Source: Candidatus Altiarchaeota archaeon
GTDB taxonomy: Archaea > Altiarchaeota > Altiarchaeia > IMC4 > QMZM01
Assembly (NCBI GenBank): GCA_030609775.1
Contig: JAUWTD010000001.1
Span: 1 to 58,575 of the forward strand
Length of the DNA: 58,575 nt
Direction of reading: 5' to 3'
In this document: positions 1 to 10,120 of the stretch, piece after piece
Numbering within the stretch: the stretch's first letter is position 1
Layout: each line of letters starts with the position of its first letter
Notes under the pieces: model-generated
Databases searched by the model: none
Told to the model about the DNA's origin: nothing
What the model saw: only the letters and a program-made list of their open reading frames with translations
Program-made: the position numbers and the translations under genes

Positions 1-193
1 AACCTGAACCTATACCCAAGTTATATTCTGGTTCTGACAAGTCTAGTTCTTCAAAAAAGATTTTATCTAGATTATGTGAATAATGCTGCCCAGTATGTAA
101 AATAAAATATTCCAAACCTTTTTTACATTCTCGTATTAGGGGGGACATTCTTATTATCTCTGGACGGGTTCCTAAAATTATTGCTATTCTCAT
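1..193 (-). CDS. wecB: UDP-N-acetylglucosamine 2-epimerase (non-hydrolysing), 5' part; runs off window edge
   Basis: Not in ORF track. Manual translation from ATG at 193: MRIAIILGTRPEIIRMSPLIRECKKGLEYFILHTGQHYSHNLDKIFFEELDL..., with the GTRPE and HTGQHY motifs. Confidence 0.92.
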   Translation of the reverse strand, partial: MRIAIILGTRPEIIRMSPLIRECKKGLEYFILHTGQHYSHNLDKIFFEELDLSEPEYNLGIGSG

Positions 194-200
194 TTTTCCA

Positions 201-1343
201 TTACACCTCATAGATAGGTTCATACGCTTTTGCTATTGTATCCCAAGTATACCTACTTTTAATTAAATTCTCACCAATTTTTGATAAACGTCCAACTAAG
301 TCTTTATCATTAATTAATTTGATTATTGCATCAGATAATCTCTTTTCATTCTTTGGTGGAACCAGCAAAGCAGTATCCTTGAAATGATCTTTAACTCCAG
401 GGAGATCTGTTGCCACCACAGGCAAACCAAAATACATTGCTTCAAGTATTGAAGTAGGTAATCCCTCAGATAGGGAAGGTAAAACAAAAATATCTGCACA
501 TTTGTATGCACTTATTAACTCCATGCCTGAGAGTGAGCCAGTGAGAGTTACATGATCAGTTATTTTTAATGTATTAATTAACTGCTTGGTTTTATCTAAG
601 AAATCACCATCCCCAACCAATACAAGATGAATATCCTCTTCAGTGTTCATACGTACCAAAGGAATAGATTTTAATAAGTAGTCTATACCTTTCCGTTGTA
701 TAACTTGACCAACAAATATAATTACTTTCTTCCCAGCTAATCCATACGTCTGGATGAAAGCAGTATGATCACGACTTTCAAAATTCGAATTTAATTCAGA
801 TAATTTCTCTAAATCAATGGCATTAGGGAGTACATTTATTTTATCAGTATCTATCCCAAAAGAGGATACATATTGCCTATCTGAAGAAGATAAGGTTATT
901 ATATGATCCACAGTCTCAAAAATTTTTCTTCCAATAGTCTTATTATACTGCCGTTCTATCCAATCAGATAGTTTACTGCCGAATATTAGTTGCCCATGGC
1001 ATGTTAAGATTAAGGGCACATCAGTTCTCCTCCGGAAATAAGCTGCGACCATGGCAGCAAAACTGTGTTCATTATGAGTATGTACTATATCAAATTCTTT
1101 AATTTTCTTACTCAAACGAAGTAGATCAGGGACTATTGGATTTCTAAGAGGTCTCGCTAAACATTTATATCGAGTAACTGTTATCCCATCAATGATTTCT
1201 TCACTTTTACTTTGGGGAAAATTCGCTGTCGCAACATGAACCTCATGACCCATCTCCACAAGATATTTACTTAAATTATGGATATACCTCTCCTGACCAC
1301 CAACATACGGAGAAAAATATGGAACAATTTGCAATATTTTCAA
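201..1343 (-). CDS. Glycosyltransferase family 4 (GT-B)
   Basis: N-terminal GGQE; FVGQV..RKGIDYL; DIFVLPSLSEGLPTSILEAM (EX7E motif). Confidence 0.93.
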   Translation of the reverse strand: MKILQIVPYFSPYVGGQERYIHNLSKYLVEMGHEVHVATANFPQSKSEEIIDGITVTRYKCLARPLRNPIVPDLLRLSKKIKEFDIVHTHNEHSFAAMVAAYFRRRTDVPLILTCHGQLIFGSKLSDWIERQYNKTIGRKIFETVDHIITLSSSDRQYVSSFGIDTDKINVLPNAIDLEKLSELNSNFESRDHTAFIQTYGLAGKKVIIFVGQVIQRKGIDYLLKSIPLVRMNTEEDIHLVLVGDGDFLDKTKQLINTLKITDHVTLTGSLSGMELISAYKCADIFVLPSLSEGLPTSILEAMYFGLPVVATDLPGVKDHFKDTALLVPPKNEKRLSDAIIKLINDKDLVGRLSKIGENLIKSRYTWDTIAKAYEPIYEV

Positions 1344-1370
1344 ACAAAATCACCAAAATAACTCTACTAA

Positions 1371-1715
1371 CTAAAGGTCACCCTTCTTCTTAGGATTATT
1401 AAGCGCCTCCTCTCTTACAATGGCGCGTATCTTTTTTTCGTTTTTCCTCATGAAATCATGTTGATAGAAAAGCAACGCAAAAGTCGCCATGAAAGCAGTA
1501 ATCATAAAAAGATTCATCAAATCCATAACACCCAGAGGATTCAGGAAATACCTTGCAGCCTCCGGAAACAAAACCAGTCCCAGGAAAATAATCCATATAA
1601 TCATCCAGAAAACGAAGTCGGTTTTCGGGTAATCTCCTCTTCGATAGAAAAGAAACGTGAAATAACTCATCGCTAATCCAAAGACTGCACCCAAGATCTG
1701 TATACCTGCAATCAT
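1371..1715 (-). CDS. DUF2304-like membrane protein
   Basis: Three TM helices, C-terminal IRAIVREEAL; directly downstream of a GT2 gene, the usual pairing. Confidence 0.75.
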   Translation of the reverse strand: MIAGIQILGAVFGLAMSYFTFLFYRRGDYPKTDFVFWMIIWIIFLGLVLFPEAARYFLNPLGVMDLMNLFMITAFMATFALLFYQHDFMRKNEKKIRAIVREEALNNPKKKGDL

Positions 1716-1716
1716 C

Positions 1717-2373
1717 CTACTTTGTGATCCTCCACCAGAGCATACTTAAAAAAATCCGGAGTCCGTCGACGACTGTGGTGCCTTTATAGTTACCATGATA
1801 AACGGTTTCAATGGAGAGTTCTTTATGGGCTAAACCATGGCGAGCCGCATTCGCGATCATCTCGGCTTCCGCTCGATAATCATGAGAACCCCACTTTAGT
1901 TTCTTGTATGCGTCCCGGGTAAAAACCCTGAACCCCGACTGAGTGTCTCCAATATGAATCCCGAAGAGCAGACGAGTCGAGGTGGTGAGCCACCAGTTCC
2001 CTGCGCGAAGAATGAAAGGCATGTCCGCGTTCAATTGTCTGGAACCGAAGACAATATCCAGGTCCTCGTTCCTGAGGGCGTCAAGGAAACGAGGAATATC
2101 CGCAGGATCATGCTGATTATCTGCATCCAAGGTCACAATGACTTCAGCACCCTCTCTTAAGGCAGCTTCGATGCCGGTCACCAAGGAAAAACCTTTATGC
2201 ATGTTAATACTATGCCGCAAAACCACATCAGCCGCACCCGCGTTAACGAAGGTGCTGTCACGGGAACCGTCGTCTACTACGACCACAGAATCCACGTACT
2301 GTTTCGCGTCTTCTACGACCTGAGCAATCGAACCCTCCTCATTATGAGCGGGAATTACAGCAACAACCTTCAT
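1717..2373 (-). CDS. Glycosyltransferase family 2, DPM-synthase-like
   Basis: VIPAHNEE, VVDDGSRD, DAD.QH.P, DTQSGFR motifs. Confidence 0.92.
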   Translation of the reverse strand: MKVVAVIPAHNEEGSIAQVVEDAKQYVDSVVVVDDGSRDSTFVNAGAADVVLRHSINMHKGFSLVTGIEAALREGAEVIVTLDADNQHDPADIPRFLDALRNEDLDIVFGSRQLNADMPFILRAGNWWLTTSTRLLFGIHIGDTQSGFRVFTRDAYKKLKWGSHDYRAEAEMIANAARHGLAHKELSIETVYHGNYKGTTVVDGLRIFLSMLWWRITK

Positions 2374-2652
2374 TTTCTATTTTAGTATCCTCGACAACCA
2401 TATAAAAAAAATGTATCAAAAAAATAGCAGATAACTGAATAAAATATGGATTAAGATTATATAAATTGAGTATGTTTATACTTTTTCCGTTAAAACAAAA
2501 CAACAACAAAAACAAAAAAACGTGATACTCCGGATAGTTTCTGAACTTCACATAGGTTACCACCACCACAAATTATTCCAGAAAAAAAACTGCCAACACA
2601 CACAAATACCTAAGTTTTCCCTGATTTTTCCTCACAGCATTATATAATCGAC

Positions 2653-2744
2653 CTGCCTTTTGTTACAACAGGATATCACGTATCTTCATCACATCCCCGT
2701 CTGTTGGATAATTATGTTTCATTTCAAAAACTAAAATATTTGGT
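2653..2744 (-). pseudogene. Relic of the hicA 5' end and promoter with an internal deletion
   Basis: ctgccttttgttacaaca and aggat.tcacgtatcttcatcacat match 10044-10061 and 10092-10116; similarity continues to ~10166; ~31 bp missing. Confidence 0.8.
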
Positions 2745-3005
2745 GTGGTCCTTTTATTGACTAAACTTGGGTACCGCCTAACCCCTCCAAAAAGATCCAA
2801 TCATATACTCTGCGTTATAGACACCCCCCGATAGGGTTATGAGAGAAGATAAAGGTTTTAAAGGGTGACCTGCATTAGGTTTAGGATTAAATATAGGTCC
2901 AATCTAATGTATTACTAACGTATTGTACGCACATATAACACCCAAACTGCACCCACATATACATGCAAACTGCAACCACTAATTCTCAAAAGAAACATTA
3001 TAACA

Positions 3006-4067
3006 ATGAAAAAAACGAAAAAAACATCAGAAAACACAGGTCACACAGACAAGGTCCTCCAAAAAAAATGGGGCGACGTTAAAACAGAGAAAGAAAAAAT
3101 AGAGAAAAAATTAGACCAAATCACCGGATCAATCAAAGACCTAAGCGGACACAAAGAAAAAATAGAGAAAATAAAGGACAACAAAAAAAGAAAACACAAA
3201 CACGGAGAAGAAATAGATTCATGGATCAAGGGGGAAAAAGGCATAAAAACAAGAGAAGACCCGACAATAAAAGACATCCGACGGATGAGCACGACGACAT
3301 TATATGTCACATACATTCTATTAGTGTCAGCCGAATTAATGATGCTCTACGATGTAGGGTTAGGTATCATAATCCACTCAGTCACGCTTCTAGGGCTTGC
3401 GGCAGGATCAACGACAGCATACAAACGCCAAATCAATTTAGAACATAAACTATCCAATAAATACATTGATGCAGCAAACCTGCTTAAAGCACTTATGCTG
3501 CTCCCGTTAATTCGGATATTTGCGTTCACTATGCCGCTTATGTTCTTTAGGAAAATATATTGGTTCCTATTGATAAGCATACCTATGCTGATAGCAGTGA
3601 TAATACTTTCAAGAAACCTCAAACTCAAAAAAGAAGAAATCGGGTTAATCTGGGGGAAACCCGGCATACAAATCCCCGTTATATTATGCGGGATACTGTT
3701 CGGGTTCACAGAATACCTGCTGCTAAAACCTGCACCAATGATAGACTCACTAAACCTAGTAAATATACTAGTGCCTGCAATCATCCTCATAACCTTCACC
3801 GGATTCACCGAAGAACTCATCTTCCGAGGAATCATACAAACCATATCAACAAAAATATTCGGAGCAGTGAACGGAATACTGTATACAAGCATAATATTTA
3901 CGGCCATGCACGTAGGGTTTAACTCAATGCCTCACATGCTATTCGTCCTATTAGTGTCAATATTCTACGGCACAGTATTCTACAAAACCAAAGCACTAAG
4001 CGGAGTAATATTATCCCACGGATTAAGTAATGTTATACTACTCCTGGTAGCGCCATTTGTCATATAA
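3006..4067 (+). CDS. CPBP-family (type II CAAX/Abi) intramembrane glutamic protease with Lys-rich N-terminal extension
   Basis: EELIFRG, FTAMH and HGLSN motifs; multiple TM helices. Confidence 0.88.
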   Translation: MKKTKKTSENTGHTDKVLQKKWGDVKTEKEKIEKKLDQITGSIKDLSGHKEKIEKIKDNKKRKHKHGEEIDSWIKGEKGIKTREDPTIKDIRRMSTTTLYVTYILLVSAELMMLYDVGLGIIIHSVTLLGLAAGSTTAYKRQINLEHKLSNKYIDAANLLKALMLLPLIRIFAFTMPLMFFRKIYWFLLISIPMLIAVIILSRNLKLKKEEIGLIWGKPGIQIPVILCGILFGFTEYLLLKPAPMIDSLNLVNILVPAIILITFTGFTEELIFRGIIQTISTKIFGAVNGILYTSIIFTAMHVGFNSMPHMLFVLLVSIFYGTVFYKTKALSGVILSHGLSNVILLLVAPFVI

Positions 4068-4076
4068 AAAAAAAAA

Positions 4077-4346
4077 TCAGATATATAATACTTCAACTAC
4101 ACGATACAGGGTAGTAACAAAGAAGATAAAGAACAACGGATAGATTGCTATATCTAACGCAGAAACAAAATGCCCGTGATGGGATACATTATCTACAGTA
4201 TCATCTGCGCTGGCCGTGCTAAGAAGCTCCCTCATGATAAGTGCTATGACTAACACAACCGTGACCACGCCATTAAATACAAGAAAATCCGAGACAGAAA
4301 CCGCCTCAACCATCGCACCAGTAGCCGGCGTAATAGTGAACATCAT
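4077..4346 (-). CDS. Small two-TM hypothetical membrane protein
   Basis: 89-aa ORF filling the gap, two hydrophobic segments, followed by an oligo-T terminator-like run on the minus strand. Confidence 0.65.
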   Translation of the reverse strand: MMFTITPATGAMVEAVSVSDFLVFNGVVTVVLVIALIMRELLSTASADDTVDNVSHHGHFVSALDIAIYPLFFIFFVTTLYRVVEVLYI

Positions 4347-4466
4347 AATATTAAATATAATATAAACAATACATAAAAGTTACAGAGCATATATTGAACA
4401 ATATGCCAATATATAACAACCTAAAACAGAATAAATAGTATTAAGGCAAGGGGTGGCCTAGAGACT

Positions 4467-6644
4467 ATGCAAAAAACATTAATTCTAATATTTTCTTTGA
4501 TATTGTTACTGCAAACAAACACTGCAGAAGACAGCTTCCAGCAGAGCATAGACGAAATCGGTTTACTGTGGACATATAAAGCAGGAGACAGCATAACCGC
4601 CCAGCCCACGGTCGCAGACATAACAGGAGACAACCGAAAAGAAATACTCTTCGGATCATGGGACGGCAAACTATACACACTAGACACAGACGGAAACATG
4701 CTGTGGACCTACCAGACAGGGAACAGCATAAGCAGCCAGCCCACGGTCGCAGACATAACAGGAGACAACCGAAAAGAAATACTCTTTGGATCATGGGACG
4801 GCAAACTATACACACTAGACGCAGACGGAAACACCCTGTGGACCTATGAAACATGTGGACGCATAACCAGTCAGCCAACTATACTATACCCTGCCGCCGA
4901 CCCAGTCCACAACCAGAGAATGGAGATAATATTCGGATCATGGGACGGCAACCTATATGCATTAAACGCCCAAGGAGAAAAAACGTGGAGCCATGCAACC
5001 TTAGGAGAGATAGAGCACAGGGCAGTTGTTGCAGATGCAAACTATGATAAACGAATGGAAGTAATATTTGAATCAAATGACAACAGCATATATGGAGTAG
5101 ACCACCTCGAAGAAAAAACATGGACCTACCAGGCAGACAGCGACATAGTGTCTGCTCCGGTGATTGAAGATTTAGATAATAATGGAAGAAATGAAATAAT
5201 CATCGGGTCACGGGAGGGAGGAATATATTGTTTAGACTACAGCGAATACGAAAAACAAACCGGCACAAAATGCACGATGCTTAAATGTGTTCCGGAATAC
5301 ACTACTTATGCATCAATCACGCAAAGATGGAATCACCGAATAGAAGAAGAACAGATTGATTCATTAACGGCAGCAGACCTAGACAACGACGGACAATTTG
5401 AGATAATCTATAGCATGATACACTGGGACCGCCACATAATCGACCAAGGCATCCGCATACTAGACAAAAACGGAGACCTCATAAAAAAATACACAACCAA
5501 CGGACGCATAACTGCTCAACCAGAGATTGCAGACCTAGACGGAGACGGATTCCCTGAAATAATCACTGGAACAGACCGAGGCATAATATACATACTAAAC
5601 GCTGCAGGAGATGCCCAGTGGAGCTACAAGATAGATGCACCAATCAAGGCATCACCTATAGCTGCCGACCTAAACGGCGACGGCGCACTAGAAATAATCG
5701 TAGGCTCAGATGACGGCAGACTCTACGTATTCAGCTCAATTAAGGACTCAGACGGAGATGGACTACGGGACTGTGTAGAATACCTGATGGGAACCAACCA
5801 AACAGAATACGACACAGACGGAGACGGACTAAACGATTCAAGTGACCCGCATCCAATAGAACACGAACTAACACTAATAGACTCAGACCAAGACGGACTA
5901 AACGACTACGAAGAAGGGATACTTAGAACCAATATATACAGCAGTGACTCAGACGGAGACGGACTAAACGATTCAAGTGACCCGCATCCACTAAAACACG
6001 AATTAACATTCATTGACTCAGACCAAGACGGACTAAACGACTACGAAGAAGGGATACTTGGAACAGATACACACAATAGTGACACAGACGGAGACGGACT
6101 AAACGATTCAAGTGACCCGCATCCACTAAAACATGAATTATCATTCATTGACTCAGACGGAGACGGAGTAAACGACTACAAAGAAGGAATACTTGGAACA
6201 GATATACATAGCGGTGACACAGACGGAGACGGATTAAGTGATTCAGTTGACCCGCATCCACTAGAAGATGAATCCATAATTGTGCTATATCGTAGTGGAT
6301 CAAGTAATCCAAAACAAAACGACTCAGATGGTTTGCCGGTGATACTTTTTGCAGCAGGTATGATGGGGTTAGTGATGGTTGCAAGAAAACTAGAAGAGGA
6401 TCCGTCGGTTGCAGAGATGATGCACATAACCCAGAACATAACGAAAACAAAAAAAGAGTTAAGGAACATAGAAAAAAAACTAAACGAAGAAAAAAGAATA
6501 CTACTAGAAAAATACCATGACATAGGTAGAGTAGAGGACTGGCTAAGAGAATTCGACGCAGACATAGAAAAAGAGGTCCATAAAATACTTTTAGAAGAAA
6601 AACTGATGGCGTGGGATACCCTCGTTTGTGAAGAAACCACATAA
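4467..6644 (+). CDS. Secreted or membrane-anchored FG-GAP/PQQ-like beta-propeller protein with Ca-binding DxDxDG repeats
   Basis: Signal peptide; repeated ADITGDNRKEILFGSWDGKLY / ADL.GDG..EII.GS; DTDGDGLND repeats; TM helix then coiled-coil tail. Confidence 0.85.
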   Translation: MQKTLILIFSLILLLQTNTAEDSFQQSIDEIGLLWTYKAGDSITAQPTVADITGDNRKEILFGSWDGKLYTLDTDGNMLWTYQTGNSISSQPTVADITGDNRKEILFGSWDGKLYTLDADGNTLWTYETCGRITSQPTILYPAADPVHNQRMEIIFGSWDGNLYALNAQGEKTWSHATLGEIEHRAVVADANYDKRMEVIFESNDNSIYGVDHLEEKTWTYQADSDIVSAPVIEDLDNNGRNEIIIGSREGGIYCLDYSEYEKQTGTKCTMLKCVPEYTTYASITQRWNHRIEEEQIDSLTAADLDNDGQFEIIYSMIHWDRHIIDQGIRILDKNGDLIKKYTTNGRITAQPEIADLDGDGFPEIITGTDRGIIYILNAAGDAQWSYKIDAPIKASPIAADLNGDGALEIIVGSDDGRLYVFSSIKDSDGDGLRDCVEYLMGTNQTEYDTDGDGLNDSSDPHPIEHELTLIDSDQDGLNDYEEGILRTNIYSSDSDGDGLNDSSDPHPLKHELTFIDSDQDGLNDYEEGILGTDTHNSDTDGDGLNDSSDPHPLKHELSFIDSDGDGVNDYKEGILGTDIHSGDTDGDGLSDSVDPHPLEDESIIVLYRSGSSNPKQNDSDGLPVILFAAGMMGLVMVARKLEEDPSVAEMMHITQNITKTKKELRNIEKKLNEEKRILLEKYHDIGRVEDWLREFDADIEKEVHKILLEEKLMAWDTLVCEETT
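4566..4850 (+). repeat. 135-bp near-identical tandem coding repeat (about 2 copies)
   Basis: ctgtggac at 4566, 4701 and 4836; cagcccacggtcgcagacataacaggagacaaccgaaaagaaatactc identical in both copies. Confidence 0.85.
5811..6262 (+). repeat. 135-bp tandem coding repeat (about 3.3 copies)
   Basis: gac.cagacggagacgga.taa..gattca...gacccgcatcca at 5811, 5946, 6081 and 6216. Confidence 0.88.
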
Positions 6645-6659
6645 AAAAAACAGACAGTA

Positions 6660-6667
6660 TTTATATA
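6660..6667 (+). promoter_or_regulatory. Putative TATA box of the VPEL-CTERM/exosortase operon
   Basis: TTTATATA about 32 bp upstream of ATG 6699, the spacing expected for a near-leaderless archaeal transcript. Confidence 0.45.
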
Positions 6668-6698
6668 ATGAACAACAATATATTACGTTGATTAAAAA

Positions 6699-7232
6699 AT
6701 GAATAAAAAAATAAGAACCATAGCCAGTTTAATGATCATAATATTGATTGCAGGCATCGGAAATGCTACCAACTTCGAATTTGTATTAGAAACAAGACTA
6801 ACATCTGACGGTAACTATGAAGCCGTAGACAAATTCAACATCAATGAAGACGTATACGCATACGGAGACGGTTTTAAAGGCATAAAAAAAGAGGATTATC
6901 CATGGAAAACACTTGATGTTTACATCGTCCCCGTCAAATATGACTGGGCCGACGGAGATGATATAACAGAACACGGGGTCATTAACGTTGAAACATTCAA
7001 GAAAAGTGACTTCAACAAAAACCATAACCTGATGTGGGAGAGCCCGCTCAAAACAGGGAAATTTGATGTAATCGTCGACGATAACCGGGATGGGATATAC
7101 AACAGCACAACTGACGCAGTTGACAGCGCAACCTCTTATGGTTTCGAAGTTGTCCCGGAGTTAGGCACCATGACCTTGATGGGTTTAGGTTTGGCTTCAA
7201 TGATAGGATACATTAAAGTACGCAAACCCTAA
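6699..7232 (+). CDS. Secreted protein with PEP/PEF-CTERM-like sorting signal (VPEL-TM-basic)
   Basis: Signal peptide; C-terminus VVPELGTMTLMGLGLASMIGYIKVRKP; directly upstream of an exosortase. Confidence 0.82.
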   Translation: MNKKIRTIASLMIIILIAGIGNATNFEFVLETRLTSDGNYEAVDKFNINEDVYAYGDGFKGIKKEDYPWKTLDVYIVPVKYDWADGDDITEHGVINVETFKKSDFNKNHNLMWESPLKTGKFDVIVDDNRDGIYNSTTDAVDSATSYGFEVVPELGTMTLMGLGLASMIGYIKVRKP

Positions 7233-7247
7233 AAAAGGGATAAAAAT

Positions 7248-8057
7248 ATGGACTACAGCAAAGCCATAATTATCCTGCTTTTATCCTTATTTTATCTACC
7301 AGTATTCTCTGCATTAACCAGTTCCTGGCAAATAAACCCCTACTACAGCCACGGATTCCTTGTACCCGCAATATCTGCTTATTTCATCTGGAAAAAAAAG
7401 AATCTGTTAAAGTACGCGGATCAGGATTTCGGTTACGGGACAAAGATACTTGCAGCCGGATTAGCTCTCTATGGAATAGGGATACTCTACAAGTCACTGT
7501 TTTTGACAGGGTTATCTTTCATAATCACGTTATCCGGGCTGATTACGTGCTTTTACGGGAAACCCGTGCTACGTAAGCTCATGTTTCCAATAGGTTTCCT
7601 GTTATTTATGATCCCGCTGCCGTTCATAGACTACCTAAGCTTTTATATGCAGTCACTTACAGCTTTTTGTTCAGCAACAATACTGCAAACAGTAGGGATA
7701 CCAGTAACCACCACCGCATCCCAGATACGCCTAGAAAATATGTTTTTTGTGATAGGTGAACCCTGCAGCGGAATGAGGACACTGATATCACTTCTTGCAG
7801 TATCTGCAGTCTACATATACCTTATTGAGGGAAGCCTCGGGAAAAAACTTATTTTATTTCTGAGTGTTTTCCCGGCAGCCGCCGCCGCCAATATTTTAAG
7901 GGTGTCTTCCATATTAGTGATAGCCAATTATTATGGAAGAGACGCCGCCATGACGTTATTCCATGATTTCTCCAGCCTGATTTTGTTTTTACTTGCATTC
8001 ATGTTCTTAATATTATTCAGTAGGTGTATAGGATGCTCAAATCCCAGGAATATATAA
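7248..8057 (+). CDS. Exosortase/archaeosortase family protein (EpsH-like)
   Basis: W..NPYYSHGFLVP; catalytic Cys in PCSG, Arg in NILRV, His in FHDF; about 8 TM helices. Confidence 0.92.
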   Translation: MDYSKAIIILLLSLFYLPVFSALTSSWQINPYYSHGFLVPAISAYFIWKKKNLLKYADQDFGYGTKILAAGLALYGIGILYKSLFLTGLSFIITLSGLITCFYGKPVLRKLMFPIGFLLFMIPLPFIDYLSFYMQSLTAFCSATILQTVGIPVTTTASQIRLENMFFVIGEPCSGMRTLISLLAVSAVYIYLIEGSLGKKLILFLSVFPAAAAANILRVSSILVIANYYGRDAAMTLFHDFSSLILFLLAFMFLILFSRCIGCSNPRNI

Positions 8058-8812
8058 CAGTAATAGGCCTGTTTCTGCTTGTAGGAGCATGCATCATACT
8101 ATTATCGACACCCGAAGACATATTCTCCAACATGATGGTAATAGACGTCAGCCGAACACATAAAACACAATACGAGATGCTTGTGACAACCATCTTCGAC
8201 TTCAAAAACACCGAAGAATTAAAGAACCTACCCAAAAACATCAGCGGACTACATTCACGAAACATAGAGACTACTAAAACAGAACAAAAAATGGGCGCCA
8301 TAATGAAGAGAATGTACAGCAACAGCACCGACGGCGTATTATTCATGATATTATCCAGTGAAAACATGAGCGCATTCCACAACCTAGAAATATGTTACGG
8401 AGGCCGATGGAATATCACAGAAAACGATGTCACACCCATCAAGATACGACGACTAGGAGAGGCAGGATTCCACAACATACACGTAAACAAATTCATCACC
8501 CAACGAGGAAACCTCGAAATGGTTGTATTACATTGGTTCATGTGGGAGGGAGGGATCATCCGAAACGAAAAAAATTATGTGCTACTACAGGTTGCAGCAC
8601 CCATTAAGGAAAATAAAGAAGAAACAATAAACCTAACAAAAAAATTCACCTCAGACTTCTTCCTCAGAGTCTATAAGCCCGTAACTAAATCAGAGATCAT
8701 CGGAAAACAACTGATAAACAAGTATGGGTTATTGGGCGTATTCATAGATATATTATTTATCCTATTACCCGCATCCATGATATTCAACACAAAAATAATC
8801 AAACAAAGATGA
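8033..8812 (+). CDS. Exosortase-associated EpsI-like protein
   Basis: FHNLEICYGGRW resembles the EpsI H.P..CY...GW motif; V.HWF; N- and C-terminal TM; overlaps exosortase end (ORF track start 8024). Confidence 0.7.
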   Translation: MLKSQEYITVIGLFLLVGACIILLSTPEDIFSNMMVIDVSRTHKTQYEMLVTTIFDFKNTEELKNLPKNISGLHSRNIETTKTEQKMGAIMKRMYSNSTDGVLFMILSSENMSAFHNLEICYGGRWNITENDVTPIKIRRLGEAGFHNIHVNKFITQRGNLEMVVLHWFMWEGGIIRNEKNYVLLQVAAPIKENKEETINLTKKFTSDFFLRVYKPVTKSEIIGKQLINKYGLLGVFIDILFILLPASMIFNTKIIKQR

Positions 8813-9648
8813 CCAAAAAGATTCCATTAGACCTATTGATAGTATCGGCGACAGTGATAGCAACAATCCTTTTCGTGCTGGTGCCGCCGCTAAATGAAAC
8901 ATTCATCAGAACATTACTTGGATTAGTTACAGTACTGTTCCTGCCCGGGTACTCGCTAACCTGCGCATTATTCCCAAAGAAAAAAGACCTAGACGAAATA
9001 GAACGAATCGCGTTAAGCTTCGGGTTAAGCATAGCAGTAACCCCGCTACTAGGACTAATCCTGAATTACACACCCTTTGGCATACGGCTGACACCCATCC
9101 TAATCACCCTCTGTGCATTCACAATAGCCTGCACCATAACAGCACACATAAGACGAATGAAAGTAGATGAAAAAGAACGATTCAACCCGTCTTTTAAGTG
9201 CAAGATACAGATGCCAGAAAAAAAAATAGACCAAATACTCACAATCATACTAATATGCTCCATCCTGGCATCAATAACCGCCGTAGTATATGTGATAATC
9301 ACACCAAAGCAAGGGGAAAAATTCACAGAATTCTATGTACTCGGACCAGGAGGAATGGCATATGACTACCCTAGAAACATGCAAACAGGCGAAAACACAA
9401 CCGTGATTCTGGGAGTGGTAAACCATGAATACATACAAACAGGTTACTTGATCCAGGTGCTCTGGGAAAACTTAACAATAAAGCAGATACCAATTCAATT
9501 AGACCACAACCAAACCTTTGAAAGAAATGTAACGGTTGCTCCAATAGAAAACGGAACACAAAAACTCCGATTCATACTATACAAAGAAAACCTAACCGAA
9601 GCATACCGGACACTACACCTCATAATTGAAGTAACAACTGAAGTATAA
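8809..9648 (+). CDS. DUF1616 domain membrane protein
   Basis: LFLPGY..ALFP, IERIALSFGLSIA..PLLGL.LN, EKFTEFYVLG..G.A.DYP, GVVNHE; ATGA overlap with the upstream stop. Confidence 0.88.
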   Translation: MTKKIPLDLLIVSATVIATILFVLVPPLNETFIRTLLGLVTVLFLPGYSLTCALFPKKKDLDEIERIALSFGLSIAVTPLLGLILNYTPFGIRLTPILITLCAFTIACTITAHIRRMKVDEKERFNPSFKCKIQMPEKKIDQILTIILICSILASITAVVYVIITPKQGEKFTEFYVLGPGGMAYDYPRNMQTGENTTVILGVVNHEYIQTGYLIQVLWENLTIKQIPIQLDHNQTFERNVTVAPIENGTQKLRFILYKENLTEAYRTLHLIIEVTTEV

Positions 9649-9694
9649 TCATGTTTCAACAATTTGTAGATAGAGTAAAAATTGAGTTGATGTT

Positions 9695-9907
9695 TCACCG
9701 GACAGCCACATATTCAGCAAAGGCGTGTGGTGTGGGGACAGGCAAGTTATCCTCGATCAGTCCATGTACATGCATTTCAATCGCTTCATATATATTTTGT
9801 TCGACTTCTTCATGAGTCACACCAGTTGCTATGCAACCTGGCAGGTCGGGTGAGTACGCTGAATAATTTTCCTTTATCTTTTCAATAACAACAAGAAAAC
9901 GGTACAT
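9695..9907 (-). CDS. hicB: HicB-family antitoxin
   Basis: YSAYSPDLPGCIATG.T.EE...NI.EAIEMH. Confidence 0.9.
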   Translation of the reverse strand: MYRFLVVIEKIKENYSAYSPDLPGCIATGVTHEEVEQNIYEAIEMHVHGLIEDNLPVPTPHAFAEYVAVR

Positions 9908-9910
9908 AGT

Positions 9911-10120
9911 TTATTTTACCTCCTTTTTATTTAATTGTGCTTGTTTTAAAATACTGTTTAATGTGCCAGGTGCCAAATCATGGCTTGGATGACCTGCAAT
10001 AGTCACCCTACCCTGCTTGGTGGGATGTTTGTATTGCCGATGACTGCCTTTTGTTACAACAAGATACCAACCATCAGCTTTTATTATCTTGAGGATGTCA
10101 CGTATCTTCATCACATTCAC
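9911..10120 (-). CDS. hicA: HicA-family toxin
   Basis: DGW....KGSHRQYKHP...GRVTI..H...DL..GTL.SILKQA. Confidence 0.92.
   Translation of the reverse strand: MNVMKIRDILKIIKADGWYLVVTKGSHRQYKHPTKQGRVTIAGHPSHDLAPGTLNSILKQAQLNKKEVK

Noticed and set aside
2342..2569. 75-aa ORF upstream of GT2
   Set aside because: Low-complexity AT-rich promoter region, overlaps the GT2 start, no motif.
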